Source of the DNA: an uncultured Candidatus Saccharibacteria bacterium
GTDB taxonomy: Bacteria; Patescibacteriota; Minisyncoccia; Phycocordibacterales; DATDWN01
Length of the DNA stretch: 64,000 nucleotides
NCBI GenBank assembly: GCA_964616425.1
Contig: CAZTQY010000002.1
Coordinates: forward strand, 2,910-66,909
Direction: 5' to 3'
A program made the translations under genes and the position numbers. The notes beneath the pieces are model-generated. The model saw only the letters and a program-made list of their open reading frames with translations, was not told the DNA's origin and did no database searches. Below, piece after piece: positions 56,243 to 64,000 of the stretch (position 1 is the stretch's first letter; each line of letters starts with the position of its first letter).

Positions 56243-56755
56243 ATGTTAAATATAAATTTTTATCCAGACTCAGATTTAGGTGACTATACACAAGCAGTAA
56301 AAGAGTATGAAGAAATTTGGAAAATAGATGGTAAAAAAATTTGTGATCAATGGGAAAAAATTACTAATTTATCTTTCAAAGAAAGTAATATTAATGCTAT
56401 AGTAGCAAATCTAAGATCAGGTTCTCATCCTCTAACCTTAAGAAGTGATCTTACTTTAGATCAAAAGAAGATTATTCTAATACATGAGCTTGGTCATAGA
56501 ATTTTATATAAAAGAGTGAACTGGATGAAATCCGTTGATTCGTTTGGACATCATAAATTTTTGTATTTGGTTCTTTGTGATGTCTTCGAGGATTTATTCG
56601 GTAAAGAATTCTTACTTAAAGCTATCGAATATGATAATACTCTACCTGATCTATATGGTAACTCGTGGAAGTGGGTATCGGTATATTCAAAGGAAGAAAG
56701 GTTAAATTTATTTAACAAAATACTAAATGGAGATCTTTCAGTAATTACTAAATAA
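56243..56755 (+). CDS. Hypothetical protein with an HExxH motif (putative small zinc metallopeptidase)
   Basis: IILIHELGHRIL. First gene of a four-gene translationally coupled operon. Confidence 0.4.
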   Translation: MLNINFYPDSDLGDYTQAVKEYEEIWKIDGKKICDQWEKITNLSFKESNINAIVANLRSGSHPLTLRSDLTLDQKKIILIHELGHRILYKRVNWMKSVDSFGHHKFLYLVLCDVFEDLFGKEFLLKAIEYDNTLPDLYGNSWKWVSVYSKEERLNLFNKILNGDLSVITK

Positions 56756-57549
56756 TGTATAAATCTATATTATTACCAAGAGAAAAATACAATGAATCTG
56801 CAAATAAATGGGGTAAATCACCCATAATGATGGAGATTAAAAATGATAAGCAAGTGCTTTTTTATTTTGGTGCAAATCATTCTAGGAATCCAGAAGATAG
56901 TCAGTACCCAGCTTTAAGAGAGTATTGGGATAAGTTTATTGAAAAAACAAAGGATAAAAATAAAGTAGTTTTAATTGAGGGGGGGTTGAGAAAATTGTCA
57001 GCAGATGATACAGAGACTAAGGCTATTGAACATGGGGCAGAGGCTGGATTGATTACAATACTTGCAAATATTCAAGGCGTAGCTATAGAGTCTCCAGATA
57101 TCAATGAATCTGATATGTTTGATTTATTAAAAGATTCAGTTCAACGCGACGAATTTCTTTTGTTATGGTTTCTTATATGGTTTGATAATTTTCAAAGATT
57201 CCCTGAACCTAAACCAGATTTTGATAAATTCTTTGAAAGTTGGAAAGAAAGACAATCCAAGAGAGCTTTGTGGGAGGGGTTAGATCTTTCTTTTCAGTCG
57301 TTAAGAGATTTATACAAAAGAATTATTGGAAGAGAATTTAACGAAAAAGAGGACCAGAATATTTTAATTGATCCTAACAAATTCGGAGCAAGAACAAATG
57401 AGATTGTTCGTATGCAAAGTGATTTGAGGGAAGAACGAGTTGTGTCAGAGATAGTTCGTCACTGGAATCTGGGTGAAAGTATTTTTGTTGTATTTGGAAA
57501 TGGACACTTAATAATTCAAGAACCAGCTTTAAAAATTTTATTAAAATAA
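56755..57549 (+). CDS. TraB/GumN-family-like protein
   Basis: N-terminal FYFGANHS and C-terminal VVFGNGHL resemble the GT[AS]H...GaaH pair of the TraB/PrgY family. Confidence 0.35.
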   Translation: MYKSILLPREKYNESANKWGKSPIMMEIKNDKQVLFYFGANHSRNPEDSQYPALREYWDKFIEKTKDKNKVVLIEGGLRKLSADDTETKAIEHGAEAGLITILANIQGVAIESPDINESDMFDLLKDSVQRDEFLLLWFLIWFDNFQRFPEPKPDFDKFFESWKERQSKRALWEGLDLSFQSLRDLYKRIIGREFNEKEDQNILIDPNKFGARTNEIVRMQSDLREERVVSEIVRHWNLGESIFVVFGNGHLIIQEPALKILLK

Positions 57550-57550
57550 A

Positions 57551-58066
57551 ATGAGTGAAGGAATAGAAAGAATTCAATCAGGAAAGGAAATTTTAAAAAG
57601 CTTAGAGTCTGAAGGTGTTTATGTTTTTCATGGGTCTTTAAATCCAGATATTGAAATACTTGAACCAAGGCAAAGTACCCATGTGGACTTAAGAAAACCA
57701 ACAGAAATGATAAGGGATGGTGAACCTACTGTTTCAGCGACTCCCTATTCTGAAATTGCCATTTTCAGGTCTATTATGAGAGGTTCAAATCTCGGTGTTA
57801 AAGATTTGGTTACAAAATTTGGTATAGTAGATGGTAACGTTGGATTTTATGTTTCTACGCAAGAAGCAATAGAGAAAGTGAGAGAGAAAAAAGGTTATGT
57901 TTATGTATTTAATAAATCAGACTTTGAACCGTATGATAGAAATGGAAATATCAGTGAGAAAAGTATGGAATGGAGATCATATAAGCCAGTAAAACCAATT
58001 AGAGTAGTTGAGGTTAATTATGAGGATTTACCGGAAGTGGAAAAAATAACAGTAGGTGATAAGTAG
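57551..58066 (+). CDS. Hypothetical protein
   Basis: 171-aa ORF, last gene of the operon. Confidence 0.3.
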   Translation: MSEGIERIQSGKEILKSLESEGVYVFHGSLNPDIEILEPRQSTHVDLRKPTEMIRDGEPTVSATPYSEIAIFRSIMRGSNLGVKDLVTKFGIVDGNVGFYVSTQEAIEKVREKKGYVYVFNKSDFEPYDRNGNISEKSMEWRSYKPVKPIRVVEVNYEDLPEVEKITVGDK

Positions 58067-58086
58067 GTTCAAGAAATAAACGACGA

Positions 58087-58111
58087 GGCCCGCGGGGTTA
58101 GCGCGGGCCGT
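58087..58111. terminator. Bidirectional GC hairpin terminator
   Basis: ggcccgcg-gggttag-cgcgggcc. Confidence 0.6.
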
Positions 58112-58406
58112 TGGTGTGCATGGGAGCTGTGCAGATGTGTTCCTCGAATACAGAGTCAGCGGGTCTCATAGTTGGAAAGAATGGTGTCCCTCCGCATACT
58201 TCACAAACCGGCGGTCTTTTGCCGAATTTCTGAACCTCCTCACCTTTGGTGATGATTGTTCGGAGATCATCGAGTGTGAATGAGATGTTACCAAGATCAA
58301 CGATTGTTCCTCCTGCAACAATATCTCCAGCGAAGACATCTTCGACGTGGATTTCCAATCTACGTCGGTCTTCGCTGATTGGAAAAGTGAGGTATTCCTT
58401 ATTCAT
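58098..58406 (-). CDS. Hypothetical GC-rich small protein with a CxxC pair
   Basis: 102 aa, ...PPVCEVCGG...HICTAPMH. About 52% GC. Confidence 0.35.
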   Translation of the reverse strand: MNKEYLTFPISEDRRRLEIHVEDVFAGDIVAGGTIVDLGNISFTLDDLRTIITKGEEVQKFGKRPPVCEVCGGTPFFPTMRPADSVFEEHICTAPMHTNGPR

Positions 58407-58444
58407 CTGCTCCTCCTATGTTCAGATTATATTTATAGCCATCA

Positions 58445-59821
58445 ATGTCAAGTTGTGTTAGTATTTTATTTATCATGAAAAGAACTTATATAAAGGATCT
58501 AGGACAGTTTATAGGGCAGGAAGTAAACATTCGAGGCTGGGTAGATGTTCGTCGAGACCAAGGAAAAATGGTTTTTATGGATATCAGAGATATGACTGGA
58601 AAGGTTCAGTCTGTGGTTTTGCCTAATCACGTTGAGGCATTAGAAGCTGTAAAAGAGGTGAGAAACGAGTGGGTCCTCTCTATACAAGGTTTGGTAAATA
58701 AGCGTCCTGAGAGAAATATAAAAGCAGGTGTTATGAACGGGGTTATTGAGATAGAAATTTTGGCTATAAATGTTTTGGCTAAAGCTGAACCGCTTCCTTT
58801 TGATATGTCAGTAGATGGATATAATCTAGATTTGTCTACCGAGTTGGATAATAGAGCATTAGTTTTGAGACAACCAAAAATTCAAGCTATTTTCAAAGTT
58901 CAAGAAACAGTGATTGATTCTTTCAGAGAGTTTATGAAAAAGAATATGTTTTTTGAATTTCAGGCTCCAGCTATTACACCAGCAACTGCGGAGGGTGGGG
59001 CAGAAGTTTTCCAAGTTGATTATTTTGACAAGAAAGCTTTTCTAACTCAGTCTCCACAGTTGTACAAGCAGATTGTTATGTCTGCTTTTGAACGAGCTTT
59101 TTCTGTAAACAAAGTTTTTCGCGCAGAACCATCATCAACAACTCGTCACCTGACTGAAATAGTTTCACTCGATGCAGAAATGGGATTTATAGATTCATGG
59201 ACTGATGTGAGAGATATGGCAGAAGAGACAGTGCGATATATATTGAATCAAGTTTCTACAAAGAACGCTGAACATTTGAAGGTGCTAAATGTTGAACTGC
59301 CCGTTATGTTAGACAAGACTCCAACAATGTCCCTAAAAGAAGTTCAGCAAAAAATATTTGATAAAACAGGAAGAGATGTAAGAGGTGAAAAAGATACGAA
59401 CCCACAGGATGAAAGAGAGATTTGTGAAATCATAAAAGAAGAAACTGGTTCTGACTTTGTGTTCATCTACGGTTATCCGACTCGCAAGAAACCATTTTAC
59501 GTTTACCCAAATCCAGAGGAACCAGAGTTCAACGAAGGTATGGATCTCATCTGTCGCGGTGTTGAGTGGCTTTCAGGTGGAAGAAGAATAAATGAATATG
59601 ACCAACTCATGAAACATGTTGAGGAGTGGGGAATGGATCCAAATAAAATCAAAATGTTCTTGCAGGCATTCAAATACGGAGTTCCTCCCGAAGGTGGTTT
59701 TGCTTTTGGTGCTGAACGCATTACTATGCAGCTATTGGGTCTAAAAAATGTTCGTGAGGCGTCTATGTTCCCACGAGATATGAACAGAATCGATGAACGA
59801 CTAACTGATGAGGGGTATTAA
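58445..59821 (+). CDS. Class IIb aspartyl/asparaginyl-tRNA synthetase (archaeal/AsnRS-like short form)
   Basis: N-terminal OB fold, FRAEPSSTTRHLTE motif 2 region, GGFAFGAERITM motif 3. The real start may be the Met at about 58475. Confidence 0.8.
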   Translation: MSSCVSILFIMKRTYIKDLGQFIGQEVNIRGWVDVRRDQGKMVFMDIRDMTGKVQSVVLPNHVEALEAVKEVRNEWVLSIQGLVNKRPERNIKAGVMNGVIEIEILAINVLAKAEPLPFDMSVDGYNLDLSTELDNRALVLRQPKIQAIFKVQETVIDSFREFMKKNMFFEFQAPAITPATAEGGAEVFQVDYFDKKAFLTQSPQLYKQIVMSAFERAFSVNKVFRAEPSSTTRHLTEIVSLDAEMGFIDSWTDVRDMAEETVRYILNQVSTKNAEHLKVLNVELPVMLDKTPTMSLKEVQQKIFDKTGRDVRGEKDTNPQDEREICEIIKEETGSDFVFIYGYPTRKKPFYVYPNPEEPEFNEGMDLICRGVEWLSGGRRINEYDQLMKHVEEWGMDPNKIKMFLQAFKYGVPPEGGFAFGAERITMQLLGLKNVREASMFPRDMNRIDERLTDEGY

Positions 59822-59824
59822 TTT

Positions 59825-60367
59825 ATGAAAAAAGTATTTATCGTTCATGGTCTTCAAGGTAGTCCTAACGGGGGTTGGAGACCTTGGCTTATGAGTGAAC
59901 TTGAAAATAATGAAATATATGCTTGTGCGCTACCTATGCCTCGATCAGAGGCGCCTATAGTTTTAGAGTGGGTGGAAGAAATAACTCGTGTTGTAGACAT
60001 GAATCCAAATGATGAGATATGTCTCGTAGGTCACAGTCTAGGCGTACCTGCTATTTTGAGATATTTAGAAGATGATGATTCAAGAAAAATAAGTAAAGTA
60101 GTCTTAGTCTCTGGTCCGTCAGAGAAAAATGGTAATCCTAAGATTGAAAATTTTTTGGAAACCCCATTTAATTTTGAAATGATAAAAAACAAAGTTGATC
60201 AATTTTACATTATTCATGGAGTAAACGATCCAGTTGTGCCTTTCGCAAATGCAGAAACTCTAGCAACTGAACTTGGAGGAAAACTAATTCCTATTGAAAA
60301 CGGTGGTCACTTAAACGGTTCTAGTGGCTGGAGACAGTTACCACAAGCATTGGAAGTTTTGATATGA
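59825..60367 (+). CDS. RBBP9/YdeN-like serine hydrolase (alpha/beta fold)
   Basis: VFIVHG...GHSLG nucleophile motif, 180 aa. Confidence 0.6.
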   Translation: MKKVFIVHGLQGSPNGGWRPWLMSELENNEIYACALPMPRSEAPIVLEWVEEITRVVDMNPNDEICLVGHSLGVPAILRYLEDDDSRKISKVVLVSGPSEKNGNPKIENFLETPFNFEMIKNKVDQFYIIHGVNDPVVPFANAETLATELGGKLIPIENGGHLNGSSGWRQLPQALEVLI

Positions 60368-60371
60368 GTCT

Positions 60372-60977
60372 ATGAGCAAAGAAAAATCTAAAAATATTGG
60401 TTTTGATCTTGATGATGTGCTACTCGATTTTTGTGATGCATTGTTGAAGCATTTGAACGCCAAGTACAATAAGGATGTAAAAAGAGAAGCGATAAATCAC
60501 TATTTTGTTGAGGATTTTTTTGGTATTCCACGGAGTGAAGGACGAGAACTATTTGATAATTTCTTCTTTCATGAGGACCACTTACATGCAGTTCCAGTAT
60601 CAGGGGCTCAAGAAGTTATTGAGAGTTTGAGTAAAGATAGTAATCTACATATAATTACAGCTAAGCCAGAAATATTGAGAGATATTACGCTTACATGGTT
60701 AAGAACCCACTACCCCGAAAGATTTAGTAGTGTTCATTTTGCGAATTTTTTTACAGATACTCATGAAAAAAGAAAGAAGTCAGAAATTTGTTTAGAGCAC
60801 AACATTGATATTTTCGTAGATGACTCATATGAAACCGCAATTGATGTATCGTCTGTCGGAATACCAGTTTTGTTATTTGATGCTCCATGGAATCAACAAG
60901 ATTATCTTCCAAAAGGAGTTACAAGAATATATTCGTGGCGCGATATAGAAAAAGAAATACATAATTTGCTACAATAG
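60372..60977 (+). CDS. HAD-superfamily 5'(3')-deoxyribonucleotidase-like phosphatase
   Basis: DLDDVL motif I and a FVDDS motif. Confidence 0.55.
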   Translation: MSKEKSKNIGFDLDDVLLDFCDALLKHLNAKYNKDVKREAINHYFVEDFFGIPRSEGRELFDNFFFHEDHLHAVPVSGAQEVIESLSKDSNLHIITAKPEILRDITLTWLRTHYPERFSSVHFANFFTDTHEKRKKSEICLEHNIDIFVDDSYETAIDVSSVGIPVLLFDAPWNQQDYLPKGVTRIYSWRDIEKEIHNLLQ

Positions 60978-60981
60978 ACTC

Positions 60982-61725
60982 GTGGAATCATCCTACAACG
61001 TAAAAACACATATATTTGAGGGGCCACTTGATACGCTCCTTTCTCTTATAGAAAAGCGGAAACTTTTCATAAACGACATATCGCTTGCTCAGGTGGCTGA
61101 CGATTATATTTCATATGTTAGATCACTAACAGATTTTCCACTTGCTGACTCAGCACACTTTGTTTTGATTGCATCAACACTTGTTCTCATAAAGTCCAAG
61201 TCTCTTTTGCCAAACTTGTCACTAACAGAGGAGGAGCAGAGTAATATCGACGATCTCGAAGATAGATTGAAGCAGTATCAGAAATACAAAGCATTGAGCG
61301 CACATCTCAAAGAAAGATTCGGAATAAACGTAGAGTATCTACGGCTCCCTTCAAAAGAAAAAATCGTCGTTTTCACTCCTGACAAAAATACTTCAGTTGC
61401 GAGAATAAGTGAGGTAATAAAATCTGTAATATCTGGAATGCCGAAAAAGGAATTTGTTCCAAAAGCCATTGTGCAAAAAGTCATAAGTCTTGAAGAGATG
61501 ATGGACAGTTTAGCTGACAGAATAACAAAGAGTATGAAAATGAGTTTTCGTGATTTTGCCCGTTCGACAAGCTCAGGGCAAGCTGGACCAGAAAAGATAA
61601 ATGTTATAGTTTCTTTTTTGGCCATGCTGGAGTTGGTAAAACAGGGAATAATACAGGTTCGTCAGGATAAGGATTTTCATGATATTGAGATAGAGACAAA
61701 TGAGGTTGGTGTGCCAAATTATTAA
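60982..61725 (+). CDS. scpA: Segregation and condensation protein A
   Basis: FEGPLDTLLSLIEKRKLFINDISLAQVADDY N-terminus is typical of ScpA. Confidence 0.85.
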   Translation: MESSYNVKTHIFEGPLDTLLSLIEKRKLFINDISLAQVADDYISYVRSLTDFPLADSAHFVLIASTLVLIKSKSLLPNLSLTEEEQSNIDDLEDRLKQYQKYKALSAHLKERFGINVEYLRLPSKEKIVVFTPDKNTSVARISEVIKSVISGMPKKEFVPKAIVQKVISLEEMMDSLADRITKSMKMSFRDFARSTSSGQAGPEKINVIVSFLAMLELVKQGIIQVRQDKDFHDIEIETNEVGVPNY

Positions 61726-61730
61726 TTTGC

Positions 61731-61846
61731 AAATCTCTTTCTCGCAGCATGTTTTACTCAACACACATAAATCGTTGCTACGATTTTGCTTTTCTCGGCC
61801 CGTCGGCCTGTGAAGGTCTCGTAAAACATGCAGCTTAAAGAGATTT
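61731..61846. repeat. Intergenic element bounded by an imperfect inverted repeat of about 26 nt, between scpA and scpB
   Basis: aaatctctttctcgcagcatgttttac (61731-61757) versus gtaaaacatgcagcttaaagagattt (61821-61846). Confidence 0.5.
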
Positions 61847-61864
61847 TATATATAATGTTACATA

Positions 61865-62455
61865 ATGAAATCTTCAGAACTTATAAAACAAATAGAAGCG
61901 GTACTTTTCTACCTTGCTGAGCCAGTAAAGATTGATTTTTTGGCTAAAACATTGGAAGTCTCAAAAAAAGAAATCGAAGCTGGGCTTAAAGAACTAGAGG
62001 AAACTTTGGGTCAAAGAGGCGTAAGGATTGTAAATCATAATGATGAAGTTGTTCTAACTACCGCACCTGAACTCGCTCCATTAATTGAAAAGATTATTAA
62101 AGAAGAACGAGAAAGAGACCTCGGACGTGCAGGCATAGAGACCCTAGCCATCATAGCTTATAAAGGTCCAGTTTCTAAAAAAGAAATAGAATACATAAGA
62201 GGGGTTAACTCCCAGTTTGCCTTGAGAAATCTCCTTCTCCGAGGGCTTGTGGAAAGAAGGGCTAGTTCCTGGGATGAACGTGTTATAGTTTATAGTATTA
62301 CTGCTGACTCATTGCGTTATTTGGGTTTGAGTAGTATCACTGAATTGCCAGAATATATGGAAGTTAGAAAGCAACTAGAAGTTGAATCAGAAGATGAATC
62401 TGAAACTGATCTGCCTCAACGGCAGACAAGTACAAAAGAAAATGATGGCCAGTAG
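61865..62455 (+). CDS. scpB: Segregation and condensation protein B
   Basis: Tandem winged-helix layout (IEAVLFYLAEPVKIDFLAKTL...; ETLAIIAYKGPVSKKEIEYIRGV). Confidence 0.85.
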   Translation: MKSSELIKQIEAVLFYLAEPVKIDFLAKTLEVSKKEIEAGLKELEETLGQRGVRIVNHNDEVVLTTAPELAPLIEKIIKEERERDLGRAGIETLAIIAYKGPVSKKEIEYIRGVNSQFALRNLLLRGLVERRASSWDERVIVYSITADSLRYLGLSSITELPEYMEVRKQLEVESEDESETDLPQRQTSTKENDGQ

Positions 62456-62553
62456 TAGAAAATAGCATCGGATAAATCCATAAATTGGTAATAGTATGAT
62501 AAAATTAACATTATTAAATATATATTTAAAGACAACATTCTGTTCATAGAACT

Positions 62554-63534
62554 ATGTCATTTTTCACTACTGGGATGGATAAAATAGAATATTTTAGAAA
62601 TAAATACGGAATATCAAGTGGACTTTTTATGTTTAATGTTTTTCTAGTGCTCTCTATTGTTGGAGTGTCTTTTGCTATTGTTGCAACAAAAAATAAAATT
62701 GTTTCTATAGAAACAAAAGCTCCTGAAAAAATTATTTCTACAAAGATGTTTGATAATTTGAACTTGGTGGCTAAGGCTGTATATGTTTACGATGTAAATG
62801 CAAAAAAAGTGATTTTTGAAAAGAATTCAGACTCTCAACTACCTTTGGCTTCGTTAACAAAACTCATGACAGCAATAACTGCAATGGATATGTTGCCAAA
62901 TGATTCAAAGATCACAATCAAAAAAGAATTTCTTGCTGAGGAAGGGGACACTGGTTTGTTGGCGAATGAATCTTGGAAACTAAAAGATCTACTTGATTTT
63001 TCACTAGTTGCTTCTTCGAATGATGGTGCTAGGTCTATTGCTTCGGTAATAGGAGCTTTTGATTTAAAAACAGATGATTATGATTTGGGTAGAAAGGATT
63101 TTATAGAAAAAATGAACATAAAAGCTAAAGAGCTTGGACTTACTCAAACATATTTTATAAATGAAAGCGGTCTTGATGTTAATACATCAACTAGCGGTGG
63201 TTATGGTTCTGCACAGGATGTTGGAAACCTTTTAAAGTATATTTTAGTTACAAATCAAGATATTCTTGAAGCAACAAAATACAAAAATTTTAGTGTTGAT
63301 TCTGATACTACTGAACACATGGCAAAAAATACTAATTCAAGTGTTAGTAATATCCCTGGGTTGTTAGCCTCAAAGACTGGATATACTGATTTGGCTGGTG
63401 GAAATTTGGCTGTAGCTTTTGATCCGTCTGTCGGTAAACCTATTGTGATTGTAGTTTTAGGATCTACTATAAATGGACGGTTTAGTGATGTGAAAAGTCT
63501 GGTTGATGCAAGTTTGGAATATGTGCAGGAATAA
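62554..63534 (+). CDS. dacA: D-alanyl-D-alanine carboxypeptidase (S11, PBP5/6-like)
   Basis: SLTKLMT (SxxK), SSND (SxN) and KTGYT motifs. N-terminal TM/signal. Confidence 0.8.
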   Translation: MSFFTTGMDKIEYFRNKYGISSGLFMFNVFLVLSIVGVSFAIVATKNKIVSIETKAPEKIISTKMFDNLNLVAKAVYVYDVNAKKVIFEKNSDSQLPLASLTKLMTAITAMDMLPNDSKITIKKEFLAEEGDTGLLANESWKLKDLLDFSLVASSNDGARSIASVIGAFDLKTDDYDLGRKDFIEKMNIKAKELGLTQTYFINESGLDVNTSTSGGYGSAQDVGNLLKYILVTNQDILEATKYKNFSVDSDTTEHMAKNTNSSVSNIPGLLASKTGYTDLAGGNLAVAFDPSVGKPIVIVVLGSTINGRFSDVKSLVDASLEYVQE

Positions 63535-63548
63535 GGTAAACTGGATGA

Positions 63549-64000
63549 TATGTGTGGAATATCTGGCGTAATAGAGCCATCAATTAAGCATAAAGATAAG
63601 GTTATTGAGGCCATGGTCTCAAGAATAATCCATAGAGGTCCTGATGAGGATGGTTTTTATGTTGATAAAAATGTTGGTCTAGGGATGCGTAGGTTGTCTA
63701 TTATAGACCTTTCAACTGGACATCAACCAATAACATCTGAAGACGAAAATTTACTTATCTTTTTTAACGGAGAGATTTATAACTACCTTGAACTCAAGAA
63801 AAACCTTTTAGAGAAAAAATACAAATTTAAAACTGATTCTGATACAGAAGTTATACTCCATATGTACGAAGAGTATGGAGAAAAGATGCTGACTCAACTT
63901 CGTGGAATGTTTACTTTTTGTATATACGATCTTGAAAAGAAAGAAGTCTTTATCGCTAGAGATTTTTTTGGAATAAAACCACTTTACTATTTAGTCCAAA
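63549..64000 (+). CDS. asnB: Asparagine synthetase (glutamine-hydrolysing) AsnB, N-terminal part (runs off the window)
   Basis: MCGISGVIEP... with Cys2 as the Ntn nucleophile and GPDEDGFY, RLSIIDL and GEIYNY motifs. Not in the track because it has no stop within the window. Confidence 0.85.

Noticed and set aside
58475-58475. Alternative start for the Asp/Asn-tRNA synthetase
   Set aside because: Not rejected, only unresolved. Both the 58445 start (MSSCVSILFIM...) and the Met near 58475 are possible. The later Met aligns better with the typical N-terminus of class IIb synthetases.

Overview
The window reads as an AT-rich (about 35% GC), gene-dense bacterial chromosome segment with short genes and tight operons, consistent with a reduced genome such as Patescibacteria/CPR; that lineage assignment is an inference, not a measurement. 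Recognisable backbone genes are priA (partial, at the window edge), two mreB paralogs with mreC, an mreD-like gene and PBP2, a truncated dcw cluster (mraZ-rsmH-ftsL-ftsI-murF), five aminoacyl-tRNA synthetases (proS, lysS, cysS, trpS, asp/asn-tRNA synthetase), frr, rseP, greA, dnaB, recR, rmuC, scpAB, L9, L21, L27, a HlyD plus MacB-type ABC exporter, and dacA. A tRNA-Glu(CUC) at 20461-20532 is followed by tRNA 3'-end direct repeats and a tRNA-like fragment. Next to it lies a moderately GC-enriched island carrying a REC-like protein, a DgkA-family kinase and a 920-aa VirD4/TraG-like P-loop ATPase. Several separate blocks of roughly 50-58% GC interrupt the backbone. The most striking are two diverged copies of a three-gene cassette of about 60-aa proteins (24936-25802 and 28709-29375). 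Others carry a radical-SAM-like secreted protein, an alpha/beta hydrolase with an ABC exporter, and single small genes. A GC-rich, ORF-free, terminator-bounded 400-nt segment (14180-14580) is probably an unidentified structured RNA gene. A dispersed family of about 90-nt intergenic elements with a covarying GUAC-stem hairpin occurs at seven or more sites, each just downstream of a gene and in that gene's orientation. Several other intergenic elements are bounded by long inverted repeats. No CRISPR array, rRNA or integrase gene was seen. Base-level claims come from reading the text by eye and should be rechecked computationally.
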